NCBI RefSeq assembly: GCF_006345805.1
Contig: NC_043007.1
Span: forward strand, 74,400,001 to 74,464,000
Origin: Octopus sinensis
Lineage: Eukaryota
Reading direction: 5' to 3'
Length of the DNA: 64,000 bases
Notes under the pieces: model-generated
Databases searched by the model: none
What the model saw: only the letters and a program-made list of their open reading frames with translations
Told to the model about the DNA's origin: nothing
Program-made: the position numbers and the translations under genes
Shown here: positions 50,340-62,382 of the stretch, piece after piece
Numbering within the stretch: position 1 is the stretch's first letter
Layout of the letters: every line of letters starts with the position of its first letter

Positions 50340-50785
50340 AGCTGTGAGACTGGGACATTGTTCTGGGCCTTTAGAAGCCGCCTGAACTTCTTTGGTATCA
50401 AGGTGCTTCGCAGAATTATGGGTTACCTTTGGTCAGATTTCATATCCATCCAACAACTCTACTCAGAAACTAGGATGCGTTCAGTTACTTGTATGATGCT
50501 GGAGTGCCTGCTCAGACTGTTTGGCCATGTTGCTCTATTTTCCGAGTTAGACCCTGCTTACAATGTCCTCTTCACTGAGGATTTAGCTGGGTTGATATCT
50601 GAAGTGGGTCAACTACATACCACATGGTCACAGTTGGTGAAACGGTATCTTGCGAAGATGGGAACTGACTAGGACTCTGCTTAATGTGTCACCTGGGAGA
50701 ACCATTACAAGACAAGAAAGAGACTTGGGAATATACCAACAAATGCTGAATGCAGCGACATGTTGCAATGGCACAAGCCCCCGCC
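50340..50785 (+). mobile_element. RTE-like LINE 3' end, different family
   Basis: ORF 50358-50672 LRRIMGYLWSDFIS...LRLFGHVA is the post-RT pattern LRRIxGxxWxD...LRxFGHV. Confidence 0.7.
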
Positions 50786-52374
50786 TTTGACCTGACCTGA
50801 TCTTTTATTATGTAGAGGAAGTGGGGAAATGTTTCCATAATGCCATGCCTGAAGGTAAACATCTTTCTTCTATGATAAGAGGAATTTGTGAAGGATAAGT
50901 TGAGGTATTAGGAACAACTGTGTAAATTAGAATGAGTCATCTTAATGGAAGCAAGTATAGAGATAGTGGATAACTTATTGACATCTGTTTTCCATGCTGG
51001 TATGGGTTGGACAGTTTGACAGGAGCTGGCAAACCAAAGGGCTGCACCAAGCACCAGTGTTTGCTTTTGGCATGGTTTTCTATGGCTGTATGCCCTTCCT
51101 AATGCCAACTACTTTACAAAGTGTACAGGGTGCTTTTTATGTTGCATGACCTCTTAATTGAGGGGTTGTCATATCAAGGGAGTTGGCTTATGCCAGGTGA
51201 CAAGGGGTTAGACTATGATGGGGAGAGAGAGATAAGTACAGGTGTCTTGTTGTAGGAGAGATGCATGGTTTCTCCTGTTGGAAATGAAAGAAAATGGAGA
51301 TGAAGATGTGTCAGGGCCTATACTTATGTTACAGGAAGGTGAATGTAAGAAAAAGTAGTGAAAGAGGATGGTGGTGAAGATGTCTCAGGGCATAATGAAA
51401 ATAATTCATACTAAATGCAATGCTTTATACAGATGCAAAGTGCAATATTAGAATAGCAATTAAAGCAAAACATAACATAGCTGTCTTTTTGACAGCTCAT
51501 CATCATTTTAATGTCCATTTTTTTCATACTCGTATGGCTCAAAACAAAATTGATTGAGGCAGATTTTCAAGGGCCAGGTGCCCTTCTTGTCATCAATCCT
51601 CACTTGTTTCAGAATAAGGTAATATTTCCCCACTGGCTGGACATCATCATCATCATTTAGTGCCTACTTTCCCTGCTAGCATGGGTTAGATGGTTTGACT
51701 GAAACTGGTAAACTGGAGAGCTGCACTAAGTTCCAGTCTGATTTGACATTGGCTTTTATGGCTGGATGCCTTTCTTAATGCCAACCACTCCAAGAGTGAA
51801 ATGGGTGCTTCTTATGTGCTACCGGCATGGGTGCCGGTTATGTGACACCGGCATCGACAACGACTATGATTTCACTTGGCTTGACGAGTCTTGGACATAG
51901 CTTGTATAACAGTGATGCTTGTTTACAACTGTCACTCGATGTCAAGACAGCAATACTAAAAAACATAAACATGGTATATATATATATATAATAACAACCC
52001 ATGCCAGCATGAAAAGTGGATGTTAAACAATGATATATATATATATGTGCGGGGTGGGGGGCTGAGAGACTTTTGGTTTAGTGCCCAGATTTGCATTTAG
52101 CCAGCCATAGCAAGTTGTACTCTAAGCTGTGGCGAAAACAACTAACCCACAAAATGAAGAACTCTAATAAAAAAAAATCTGTGGTGTGCCGTTAATTGAT
52201 TTTATGGTAAACTTATTTGCCAACTTTCTGCTGCTAGCGTTTCCCAGAATTATGATTGGTTCTACACAAGACTTCACCAATGTGGGTAGTCTAACTGCTA
52301 TAATATTGACTGCTTATACTCTCATACAGGGAAGCCTATAGGAGAATCCACTATGGTTTTATATATATATATAT

Positions 52375-52406
<32 letters not shown>

Positions 52407-52759
52407 GATGCAGTTAAACACTATTTGGCTTGATACTTATAAATAAACATATATACACATAGATATATATATAGAAATATATGGATACGTACAACTAAAT
52501 ATATTCAGATGAAGAAACACAGAGGTGTATATAATGTGTATATATAATATATTTAGTTATATATATGTGTGCGTATCTATATATGTATACGTATATATGA
52601 TTATTTATATGTATGAAGCCTGTTCCTGTTTATCTGTATCGGTATCTCCATATCAGCTCATCTAGATTTCTCTTATACTCAATTTTTATCTTGTGGACCC
52701 AATCCTCGATACAGATTTCAGAAGAGGTGGCTTATTAGCAATTACAACCTAATGGCAAA

Positions 52760-53227
52760 ATTAATAGAGGTCATAAAAGTGACAGACGGTGCTGTCTGTG
52801 TGTGTATATATCTATATGTGTATATGATTACTTATACATAGTAATCATATATACTTTTGTGATGTCTATTGTGTGTGTGTGTATATATACATACATATAT
52901 ATATAAAATACAAAATGGAACAAGAACGCAAAGCATCCGAACAGCTAGGTGATACAAAAAGGACAACAAAACATCCAGATAGATGATACAAAGAAAACAA
53001 GGACGGGTCATTCAAAGCCCTCTATCCCCAGTCAAGCACCAGATTATCATCACAATTTTGGCTGATTATTCTTGAGATTGCTCCAATGATACACACACAC
53101 ACACACACAATATAGATCACAAAAGTATATATGATTACTATGTATAAGTAATCATATATACATATACACACATAGATATATACACACACAGTCAGCACCC
53201 TCTGTCACTTTTGTGACCTCTATTAAT
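52760..53227. repeat. Inverted repeat, ~125-130-bp arms around a ~210-bp spacer
   Basis: 52760-52882 is the reverse complement of ~53097-53227. The spacer resembles a Penelope-like repeat tail that I recall from octopus. Confidence 0.9.
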
Positions 53228-53474
53228 ATCTGTAATATAATATGTGACAATTATTTGGTAACCATAACGAGACTCCGAGTTTCGGATGTCGGGGCGGAAA
53301 ACTGCTCTGGCATCTTGTCAGTTATCAAGGCAATCAAAAAATGCTATGATTTTCATAGCATTTTTTGATTGCCTCAATTACTGACGAGATGCCAGAGCAG
53401 TTTTCCACCCCAACATCCAAAACTCGGAGTCTTATTATGGCAACCAAATAATTGTCACATATTGTATTGCAGAT
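53228..53474. repeat. Palindrome with 122-bp arms and a 3-nt loop, probably Penelope-like, with hammerhead-like motifs
   Basis: 53228-53349 against 53353-53474 differ at about 13 positions by my count, mostly at CpG sites. Confidence 0.9.
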
Positions 53475-53538
53475 GAATTCCTCTATTTACATAATATCGA
53501 GGTCTCGTTCATTCTTTTGTTGTCTTATGATTACTATT

Positions 53539-53578
<40 letters not shown>

Positions 53579-54187
53579 GGCTTCTTTCAGTCCATCCATC
53601 AAACCCACTCACAAGGTTTTGGTCAGACCAGGGCTATACCAGAAGACACTAAAGTGCCACACAGTGAAACTGAACCCAAAACCATGTGGATGGGAAGCAA
53701 GCTTCTCAACCACACAGCCACACTTCCTTTACTTCATTATTTCCATTAAATTTATGTCTCATATCTACATTGTTGCCAGTATGTCTAAGCTATGCAGGTG
53801 GAACAGTGTTTGTCACAGTATCTTGAAAATGTGAAAAAGAATACTCTATTTATGTTGCTGTCTGTTTCATTGATAGTCTATTTGGCCATCTTATTAGATT
53901 GCTGCTTAACATTGCCACTGGCTGATGAAATGTTGGCTTGCTAATTATGTGTGTATTTACTAATTTGCTCATATTAAATGATCTTGAACACAATATTTGA
54001 GATTAGCATAAATACACAGAAATTCATAAAAAACACACATGCTCTGAATGAAAGAGTTTATTTTGAAAACTGCATTTAAAATAATTAAATTTGGAAATAA
54101 GAACTTTAATTCTAAGAATTACAGCCAAAATGCAGCTCTAAAAATATTATACGCAATTAAATCTAAATTTTACTGAAGTTAACAATT

Positions 54188-54325
54188 GCAGAGTGGAAGG
54201 TGTTTGTAAGCCATTTAAGAAACACACAAAAGCCGTTCGATTTCTTCAACATTTAAGTTTAATTTGTCAAAATATTTTCGTCGCTCTAAGACCGCGACCT
54301 GTTCACTGACAAAAATCCGTGCTGC
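54188..54325. repeat. Short unclassified MITE-like repeat
   Basis: Imperfect 10-bp terminal inverted repeat gcagagtgga / tccgtgctgc. CpG-containing interior in AT-rich surroundings. Confidence 0.4.
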
Positions 54326-55124
54326 ATCTCAGTTTTAAGTTGATGTATCTTGACATTTTGAATTTCATTATTGACAGAACAAATACTTTTATTATTATCA
54401 GGATCTCATACATTTTTTCTGTGAATTAAATCAATATATGTATATCAGATATATTTTAACTGTTTTTTTTTTTCCTTAGTATACAGTTTACTCTGTCAAA
54501 TGCAATACTTATTTATTCACATTGTTTTGAATTATCTCTTAGCTTTGAGATTTCAACGATGGGATTGTATATATTTAGAATGACATTGTAGGGTAGGTAT
54601 AAAAAGCCCTGATCTGGCTTATTTGACCATAAAGCATCGAGTATTTGGGCCAGATATGGCCAGTTTGAATACTAAAGGGTTATGTCAGACATGTTCCTTT
54701 CACCGTAGATTGATTCCTTGTCCTGTTTTGATTGGACTGTCACCCCTTTCAGTGTTGTGCCACCCTGTTCTTATTTCCAGTATTTGTCTCATGTGTCTTC
54801 CATCATTACATGTCTGAACCATTTAAAATAAACCACGATTATTTCAAATTCACCTCTCCTTTACATTTATCATTTATAGATTTCACATGATGTTTAGCTT
54901 TTGAATAAGTTTTCATTCTTTTTTTTTCTCATTTCCATTTCCATGAATGGTTGTTCTTGGAGCTAACTAATCTGTCAAGGAGACTATTTCTAATGTTTTA
55001 GACAAGACCTCTCTCTAAATTGGTTGTGATACAACAATCTGTGATAATACATCCATATATCCTGAATAGAAAATTATTGCAACAGGAATATTTTCCTTCA
55101 TCATCCGTTCCTGATGCTTTAGAG

Positions 55125-55372
55125 CAGTGGTTCTCAACCAGTGTCCTTTTGCCCCCTGGGGGTCCATACAAGGTTTTGTTGTTAAAATTTATGTGTAATA
55201 AATTATTTATATTTCTACAATACACAAAATATTTTAACAGTTTTCTTTATACAGTTCTTAATAATATTTAATTATAAAAATATAATGGGATTTTCTTAAG
55301 CATCAACTGATTATGAGGTTCCACCCAGTAAAATGGGAATCAAAGAGGTCCATATGTAAAAAAATGGTTGGG
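55125..55372. mobile_element. hAT MITE, right end truncated
   Basis: Left terminus CAGTGGTTCTCAACC. The interior is similar to the 36655 element (ggggtcc..., aaagaggtccata..aaaaaatggttg). Confidence 0.65.
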
Positions 55373-56252
55373 AGCTTTACAAGTTCTTTGAGGCAGCTAC
55401 TTTCTGGTTGGAAATTGTATTGAATGTCAATCAGGTTATTTTACTCTGAACAAAATCAGTTTCTCTCTGATAATTCATTCCATTTATGGACTATATTTAT
55501 TATGATGCTCTTTTTTGAGCTCTTTATTTTTTTAAACTTAACACTTCTCCAAAGTATTTTAAAAGTTACCAAAATGATTTGACTGGGCTCTTTTTTATTT
55601 TTTATTTATTTTTTTTTTGCCTGTTTTTCGGAGAAATGCCAGAGAACAGTCAGAGCCTGTTGCTACTGAGTTTAGACTTTTTGTTAGCTTCTCTAACTTA
55701 TCAAGGGTGTTGCACTCAAAATCAGAAAATCTTGGTTTCAATTCCCAGTTTAGGTAGTGCATTGTATCCTTGAGTAAAACACTTCATTTCATGTTGCTCC
55801 AGTCCAGTCAGCTGTATATGAGTAATGCAATGGACTAGTGTCCCTTTGAGAGGGACGGTTGTGATATCGGTCACTTATACAGACTGGAGATCCAGTTCAA
55901 ATACCTGCAACATAATGGACTCCCATGAGCCCAGTTGGAGGTCTTAAACCAGACAACTCATTAATTCTATCACCCAAAATAGGAATGGTCCCCCATCTCT
56001 CAGATGAGCTTTCACAAAGTTTATGTCTATTAAATTTCACTCACTATGTTTTGGTCAACCTGAAGTGAGTAGAAGACTCTTGTCTAAGGTACCACACAGA
56101 GAGATTGAGCCCCAAACCACATTTTTACAGAGTGAACTCCTTAACCACATACCTATTTTTCTATGCAAAGTTGCAGTCTTTCCCCTACTATTTGCATGAT
56201 TATAAGCAGGCCAGAGAGAAATACTATTGAACTATTTATTATTTCACATACC

Positions 56253-56480
56253 TTATCCCTTTTGTTACCATACTTCTGTCAACATATGTTTCAATTGTTT
56301 CAATAAATTTTTAAAATAATGAAGAATTTAGTAAAATAACTTTCTCGTTATTAGGTTGGAGTATGGAAAAAGTTAGCATAAAATTTTGATGGAAGATTAT
56401 AATTTGGGCCACTTTAAAACAGTAGGTTTATGTCATAGAACCCAGGTTAGTTTCAGGCGGGTTGGTTTCAAAAGGGTTAA
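56253..56480. mobile_element. piggyBac-like P1 MITE
   Basis: ttat-cccttttgttacc ... aaaagggttaa, with a P1-like interior. Confidence 0.7.
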
Positions 56481-56960
56481 TAGGTATGATGTAGAATCTA
56501 CTTGGGTCATAGATTGGGTTGATATTTTATCATTGGCTGTGCAATGTGTTGAGGGGATAAGGTAACAAATGAAGATCACAAACTTCATATGTGTAGTATG
56601 TGTTTTTTAGTAGAACTACTTAAAGTTACTGCCATCATCATCATCATCATTTAGCTTTCATATTCCATACTGGCATGGGTTGGATGGTTTGACAAGATCT
56701 GACAGGTCAGAGGACTGATGCACCAATATCTGCCTTGGCATGTTTTCTATGACTGGATACCCTACTTAATGCCAACCACATTAGAGAGTGTACTGGATGC
56801 ATTTTTGTGTCACTGACATGATTGAGATCACCAGATAGCTTGCAAAACAAGAGCTCTTGATAGAGAGGTGTGTAGTTTTGAGGGAGGTGGCTTATGTCAG
56901 GTTTAAGAGACTAAAGAATAATAGAGGGATAGCAACAGATGTCTTGCTGTAGAAGAGATA

Positions 56961-57165
56961 CATGCTGGTGCCATATAGAGTGCACATGCTGGTTCTACAT
57001 ATAAAGTACCCATGCTGGTGCCACATATAAAGCTCCTGTGCTGGTGTCATGTGTAAAGCTCCCGTGCCGGTGCCATGTATAAGCACTCATGCTGGTACCA
57101 CTTATAAAGCATCTATACTGGTGTCATGTATAAAACACTGGTGCCAATGCCAAGTAAAAAGCACC
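56961..57165. repeat. Minisatellite, ~25-bp unit x8 (related 26-bp x4 array at 26643-26740)
   Basis: Repeated (c)atgctggtgccac(g/a)taaaaagcacc-like units. Confidence 0.85.
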
Positions 57166-58419
57166 CAGTACATTCTGTGTAGTGGTTGATGTTAGAAAGG
57201 GTATCAAGTCATAGGAATCATGCCAAAGCAGACAATTGGAGCCTGGTGCAGCCCCCAGCCTTGCCAGCATGCAAAATGGGCATTAAATTATGATTGTAAT
57301 GATGATGACACTCTCATACATTCCAGTAATCAATCCATGTTATGCACAGACTTTCTCACGTCCTCATGCTGTCCCCTGTCACAGCTTTGTCAACCCTTTC
57401 TTTTACTATATGATTTACCCTCACTTTTTTTCTTCCCATCACCGTTATTGCTATTATTAAAGTGAACAGTAAGGCAACAAGCAAGTAGAATCATTAGCAC
57501 GTCAGACAAATGCTTAGCAGCATTTCTTCTGGCGCTCTTTACATTCTGGGTTCAAATACCACTGAGATCAACATTGCCTTTCTTCCTTTCAGGGTCAATA
57601 AAATAAAGTAGCAGTCAAGTTGATGTAATTGACTACTTACTCCCCAATTGCTGGCCTTGTTCCCAAATTTGGATCAATTATTGAAGTAAACAGTTCAATC
57701 AATAGAATGTGGGCCAGAATATATTGTAGCCTTTACTTCCATCCTTTATATCCTAAATTAAAATTGTGCCAAAGTTTACTGTACCATTGGAACCTACTTC
57801 AATGAAGTATTTACCTGGGACAGTGCAGTTGACTATACACTTTGCACCAAATTATTTGTGGGATTCTGCCAAATCAGCATCATCATCATCATCATCGCAA
57901 AAGAAAATGTCACTTGTGAGGCATATTTTCCACATCTTGTCTCTTGGATGGGGTTGCAGCTTTGGGTCAGATGGAAACCAAGATTGGGCTATTGGAATCT
58001 GACTTGTTAGGTGTTCACAGTTCTCTACCTGTCTGGCAATACAGCTGATGGTACATCAACCCTTGCCTTCTAAAGGGGGTTATTAGTGGGTAAGAGTGAT
58101 GACATACTCGGGGAAATTCTTGAAGTTGACAGAGCTCAACAGTTTATCCATGAGAGCTTCCAGCATAGGAGATATGAACAACATCCAAAAATCCCTGATT
58201 TGACAGTGCTACCTGTTAAGCTTTATGTTTGGTTTTATTGTGGAGTAGGCTTCATTTCTCTGACCATTACTTTCACTCTGGCATTGGTCTTTGTGGTGTT
58301 GTACATTGGTCACAAATCATTTTTGCAATGTCTCATCCATTGAACAGAGAAATAATCACATGAGGTACAAGGTTTGATGGAGACTCTGTGTACATCCTAC
58401 TTACAGTGACTTAGAGCTG

Positions 58420-58698
58420 TGTAGCAATATTGATATCCTCACTATTTGAGAAAAACATTAGGAATGATCTCGTTTGAGATTACAACCATCCTTGGCTAGT
58501 TTAACCCTGTTGTGTCCACTGATGTGATTGATCAGTTTACACACTGGCATGAAATAAGTAGAGAGACAGACTGCGCTAGATGCTAACCAATCAGATCAGT
58601 GGACACAACAGGGTTAAACTAGCCAAAGATGGTTGTAATCCCAAACGAGATCATTCCTAATGTTTTTCTCAAACAGTGAGGATATCAATATTGCTACA
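58420..58698. mobile_element. Ginger-like foldback MITE (279 bp)
   Basis: TGT...ACA termini, perfect 4-bp TSD GCTG (58416-19 and 58699-702), ~111-bp TIRs with 4 mismatches, and a 57-bp spacer. Confidence 0.75.
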
Positions 58699-60644
58699 GC
58701 TGCAACAGTCCTATACTTTCTCCATTTCACTACATATCCTACAGCATTCCATGTCCCTTTCAGGTATTCTTTAGTTTCAGCTGAAATGAGGTATTCTGGT
58801 TTCCTATTAATGCATCAGTATATCTCTGTTCTTCCGACGTTGTCCCTTATTTCTTTTGCCAACAACGCTCTCTACCACATTCCATAATGTCATACCTGTA
58901 TTTTTTTAATATATTTTTGTCTTTCTGAAAATGTTTGGTTCATTGGTTTGTTGTTTTGGTGAATGAGAAGGAATTCTTTGCCATTCAGTTAGTGTTGTTG
59001 TTCATGTTATATTACTTTTGTTATGTTGTTGTTCTTTGTATGTTCCTATTTTGGCCAAGGTAACATAATAGATAACCTCTGGACTATAATTCTGCTCAAC
59101 ACAAAATTAAAAATATCTTTTGCAAAGTTCTTACCAGAAGATTGGCACCTGCTGTCAGTGGTTTAGTTGGAGATGCATAAAATAATAAATAAATGCGACC
59201 TTTTTAATGCCTAGCCAGGCTCATGGGCCTGATTTCCCGGTTTCTATGGCGTATGTGTTCCTCAGTTGGACAGGACGCCAGTCCATTGCAGCGTTACTCA
59301 TTTTTGCCAGCTGAGTGGACTGGAGCAACATGAAATGAAGTGTTTTGCTCAAGAACACAACGTGTCGCCCGGTCTAGTAATTGAAACCACAATCTTACAA
59401 TCATGATGCTGACATCCTAACCACTAAGCCATTCACCTTCACAGTTGGAGATGCATAAACTTGTCTGATACCTGACAGATTTGTTTATGACAACCACTTT
59501 GTATGATACATCATAGAACTGTTTGGTGAAATTCTGATCTGTTTAAGATCAGTCTGTAGTATACATCAAGATCAGCCATTGCCATGACACTGCTGTCCTA
59601 AGAGCTGTCATTTTCAGTCCTTTCTCCGAAAACTGGACGACTATTATATAAAGACATCTGTTCAGTGATCTGGCTAAGTGACCTCTTACTAGCATTGCTT
59701 TGTATTATGGTGTTTAATCTGCCAATGATGCACTCTCCCAATCTTGTCTCACCTGTTTGTCTTAGGGCTGGAGCCGTTGTTGTGGAAGCTGAGACATTGT
59801 GGGGCATCCTACTCAGAATGGGACACAGGAAAGCCCTACCTGCATTTCTGAGCAAGGCTTTTTATGGTGCCAAATACTTAGGAAATCAGAGTGGCTGGTA
59901 ACACTTTGTATTGTGCCATTGTCTTAGACTCTTTTTGACCAATGAAAGAAATCACCATTGCTGGCCACCTGGCAGAATCATCTTTTGTTTCTTGTACTTG
60001 TTTCAGTCGTTAGACTCTGGTCATGCTGGAGCCCTGAAGAATCTTAGTTGAATAAATCGACCCCACTACATATTTTTTTTAAGCCTGGTACTTATTCTAT
60101 CAGTATCTTATACCAAACTGCTAAGTTGTGGGGATGTAAACACACACTCACACACACACAGTAGGCTTCTACACAGTTTCTGTCTGCCAGATTCACTCAT
60201 AAAGCTTTGATCAGACCAATGCATTTAGCCTCCATATTCCATACTGGCATGGGTTGGATGGTTTGACAAGATCTGACAGGTCAGAGGACTGTGAAACACC
60301 AATGTCTGCCTTGGCATGTTTTCTATGGCTGTATACCCTACTTAATGCCAACCACATTAGAGAGTGTACTGGATGGTTTTTTGTGTCACTGGACATGATT
60401 GAGATCACCAGATAGCTCTCAGAACAAGAGCTCTTGATCAAGGTGCCATGCAGTGGGATTGAAGCTGGAACCATTAGGATGGGGAGCAGACTTCTTACTA
60501 CACAGTTTAAACCCAGCCAAGGTTGATTTTGCCTTTGATCATTTGGAGTTGATGAAATAAAGCCACAGCCAAGACTGGTGGGTGATGTAAACCAACTGTC
60601 TATTTCAAATTGTTGGACTTGTGCCTAAATTAGTAACTAATTAT

Positions 60645-61040
60645 ACTCTTTTACTCTTTTACTTGTTTCAGTCATTTGACTGCGGCCATGCTGGAGCACC
60701 GCCTTTAATCGAGCAACTCGACCCCGGGACTTATTCTTTGTAAGCCCAGTACTTATTCTATCGGTCTCTTTTGCCGAACCGCTAAGTGACGGGGACATAA
60801 ACACACCAGCATCGGTTGTCAAGCAATGCTAGGGGGACAAACACAAACATACACGCACACATATATATACATATATACGACGGGCTTCTTTCAGTTTCCG
60901 TCTACCAAATCCACTCACAAAGCTTTGGTCGGCCCGAGGCTATAGTAGAAGACACTTGCCCAAGGTGTCACGCAGTGGGACCGAACCCGGAACCATGTGG
61001 TTGGTAAACAAGCTACTTACCACACAGCCACTCCTGCGCC
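60645..61040 (-). mobile_element. SINE family A, young full-length copy (older copies also near 1.1-2.1, 2.7-3.1, 14.1, 15.3, 18.9, 26.9, 27.7, 34.3, 46.4, 47.1, 53.6, 56.0, 60.0 and 62.1 kb)
   Basis: Near-identical to 386-792 and retains CpGs. Confidence 0.92.
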
Positions 61041-61329
61041 TATAACAGCCACTACCCTTAAGGCATTAAGTTGACAGAAAATTGTAGGGCACTGGATTAA
61101 ATTTTGTATACTATTTAGTTTCATCTGTGTATGTTCAAATCGTGTCAGGACTAATAAAAATATATTTCAAACATATTCTGAGGTTATTCAGCTGACTGTC
61201 TCCTTTCTAATACATTTGTGATTTTGTGATTGTATGAAATATTACTATCATCATCATCATTATCTTTGTGTATGTGCAAACGTTTCACCTCAATAGACAC
61301 CTCATTTTGTCTCTGTATATATTTTTGTT

Positions 61330-61660
61330 AGTGGAAGCATGCTCATGGCTTAGTGGTTAGGGTCTTTGGCTTATGATCATATGGTCATGAGTTCAATTCC
61401 TGGTGGTACTTTGTGCCCTTGAGTAAGACACTTTATTTCAAACTGCTTCAGTCCATTCAGCTGGCAAAAATGAGTAGTACCTGTATTTCAAATGGCCAGC
61501 CTTGTCACATTCTGTGTCACACTAAATCTCCTCCCTTAGAACTACATTACAAGTACTCTTGTCTGTGGAGTGCTCAACCACTTGCACATTAATATTTCAT
61601 GAGCAAACTGTTCCTTTGATTGAATTGACTAGAACCCTCATCATTGTAACTGACAGTGTC
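61330..61660 (+). mobile_element. tRNA-derived SINE family D (copies also at ~29775-30037, 32975-33210, 35026-35680, 36440-37840, 38505-38752, 55690-55960, 59205-59440, 62797-63190, with differing tails)
   Basis: Head atggcttagtggttaggg, B box gagttcaattcc, and a CORE-like ccttgag(c/t)aagacactt...ccagtccactcagctgg segment. Confidence 0.85.
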
Positions 61661-62340
61661 AGCATTGGACTGTTTCTAAAACTTGATTGTTTTTTTTTTC
61701 TTTTTGTGATGATTTGTACATTTTTTAATTTATTTAATGGTTTGGTTTTCTTAAGAGATAGCTTCAGTTAACTCTGCTGGAGTAAGACCTATAAATGGTG
61801 ATCAATTTTAGTGTAGACAATTAACCTTAGATCAAGCACGCCAAACAAGATATTAATTTTGTAGTCTGCATAATGACAAATGTTAACCAATATGCTTCAT
61901 TGTGTGAAGGACTAGGGCAATGAAAGCAGATTTCATACACTTTGGACATGAGTCATGTTCCAGGAGATCTTAGTTGTGATTGCAGTAAAATTCAGGGAGA
62001 TTTTTTATTGGTAATGTTTTGAAATAATATACTGAGGAAGTTCTGAATTTAGCCCAGAAACTAAACTATGTTTTAAACAGTGGTTGATGTTTTGTATTTA
62101 ATATTGGTGAGCTGGCAGAATTGCAAGCATGATCTTGTATCTTTTACTTGTTTCAGTCCTGAGCCTGCGGCCATGCTGGGGCACTGCCTTGAAGAATTTT
62201 TAGTCGAATGGATCGAGCCCCAGTACTTTTTTTTTAAACCTGGTACTTATGCTGTCATTCTCTATTGCCAAACCACTAAGTTATGGGGATGAAAACACAC
62301 CAACACCAGTTGTTACAAACACAAAGAAATATATGTATGT

Positions 62341-62382
<42 letters not shown>

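Noticed and set aside
58090-59880. Additional LINE RT fragments at ~58090-58350 and ~59581-59880
   Set aside because: Only faint, frameshifted resemblance to RTE motifs, and the order is not collinear. Too weak to annotate.
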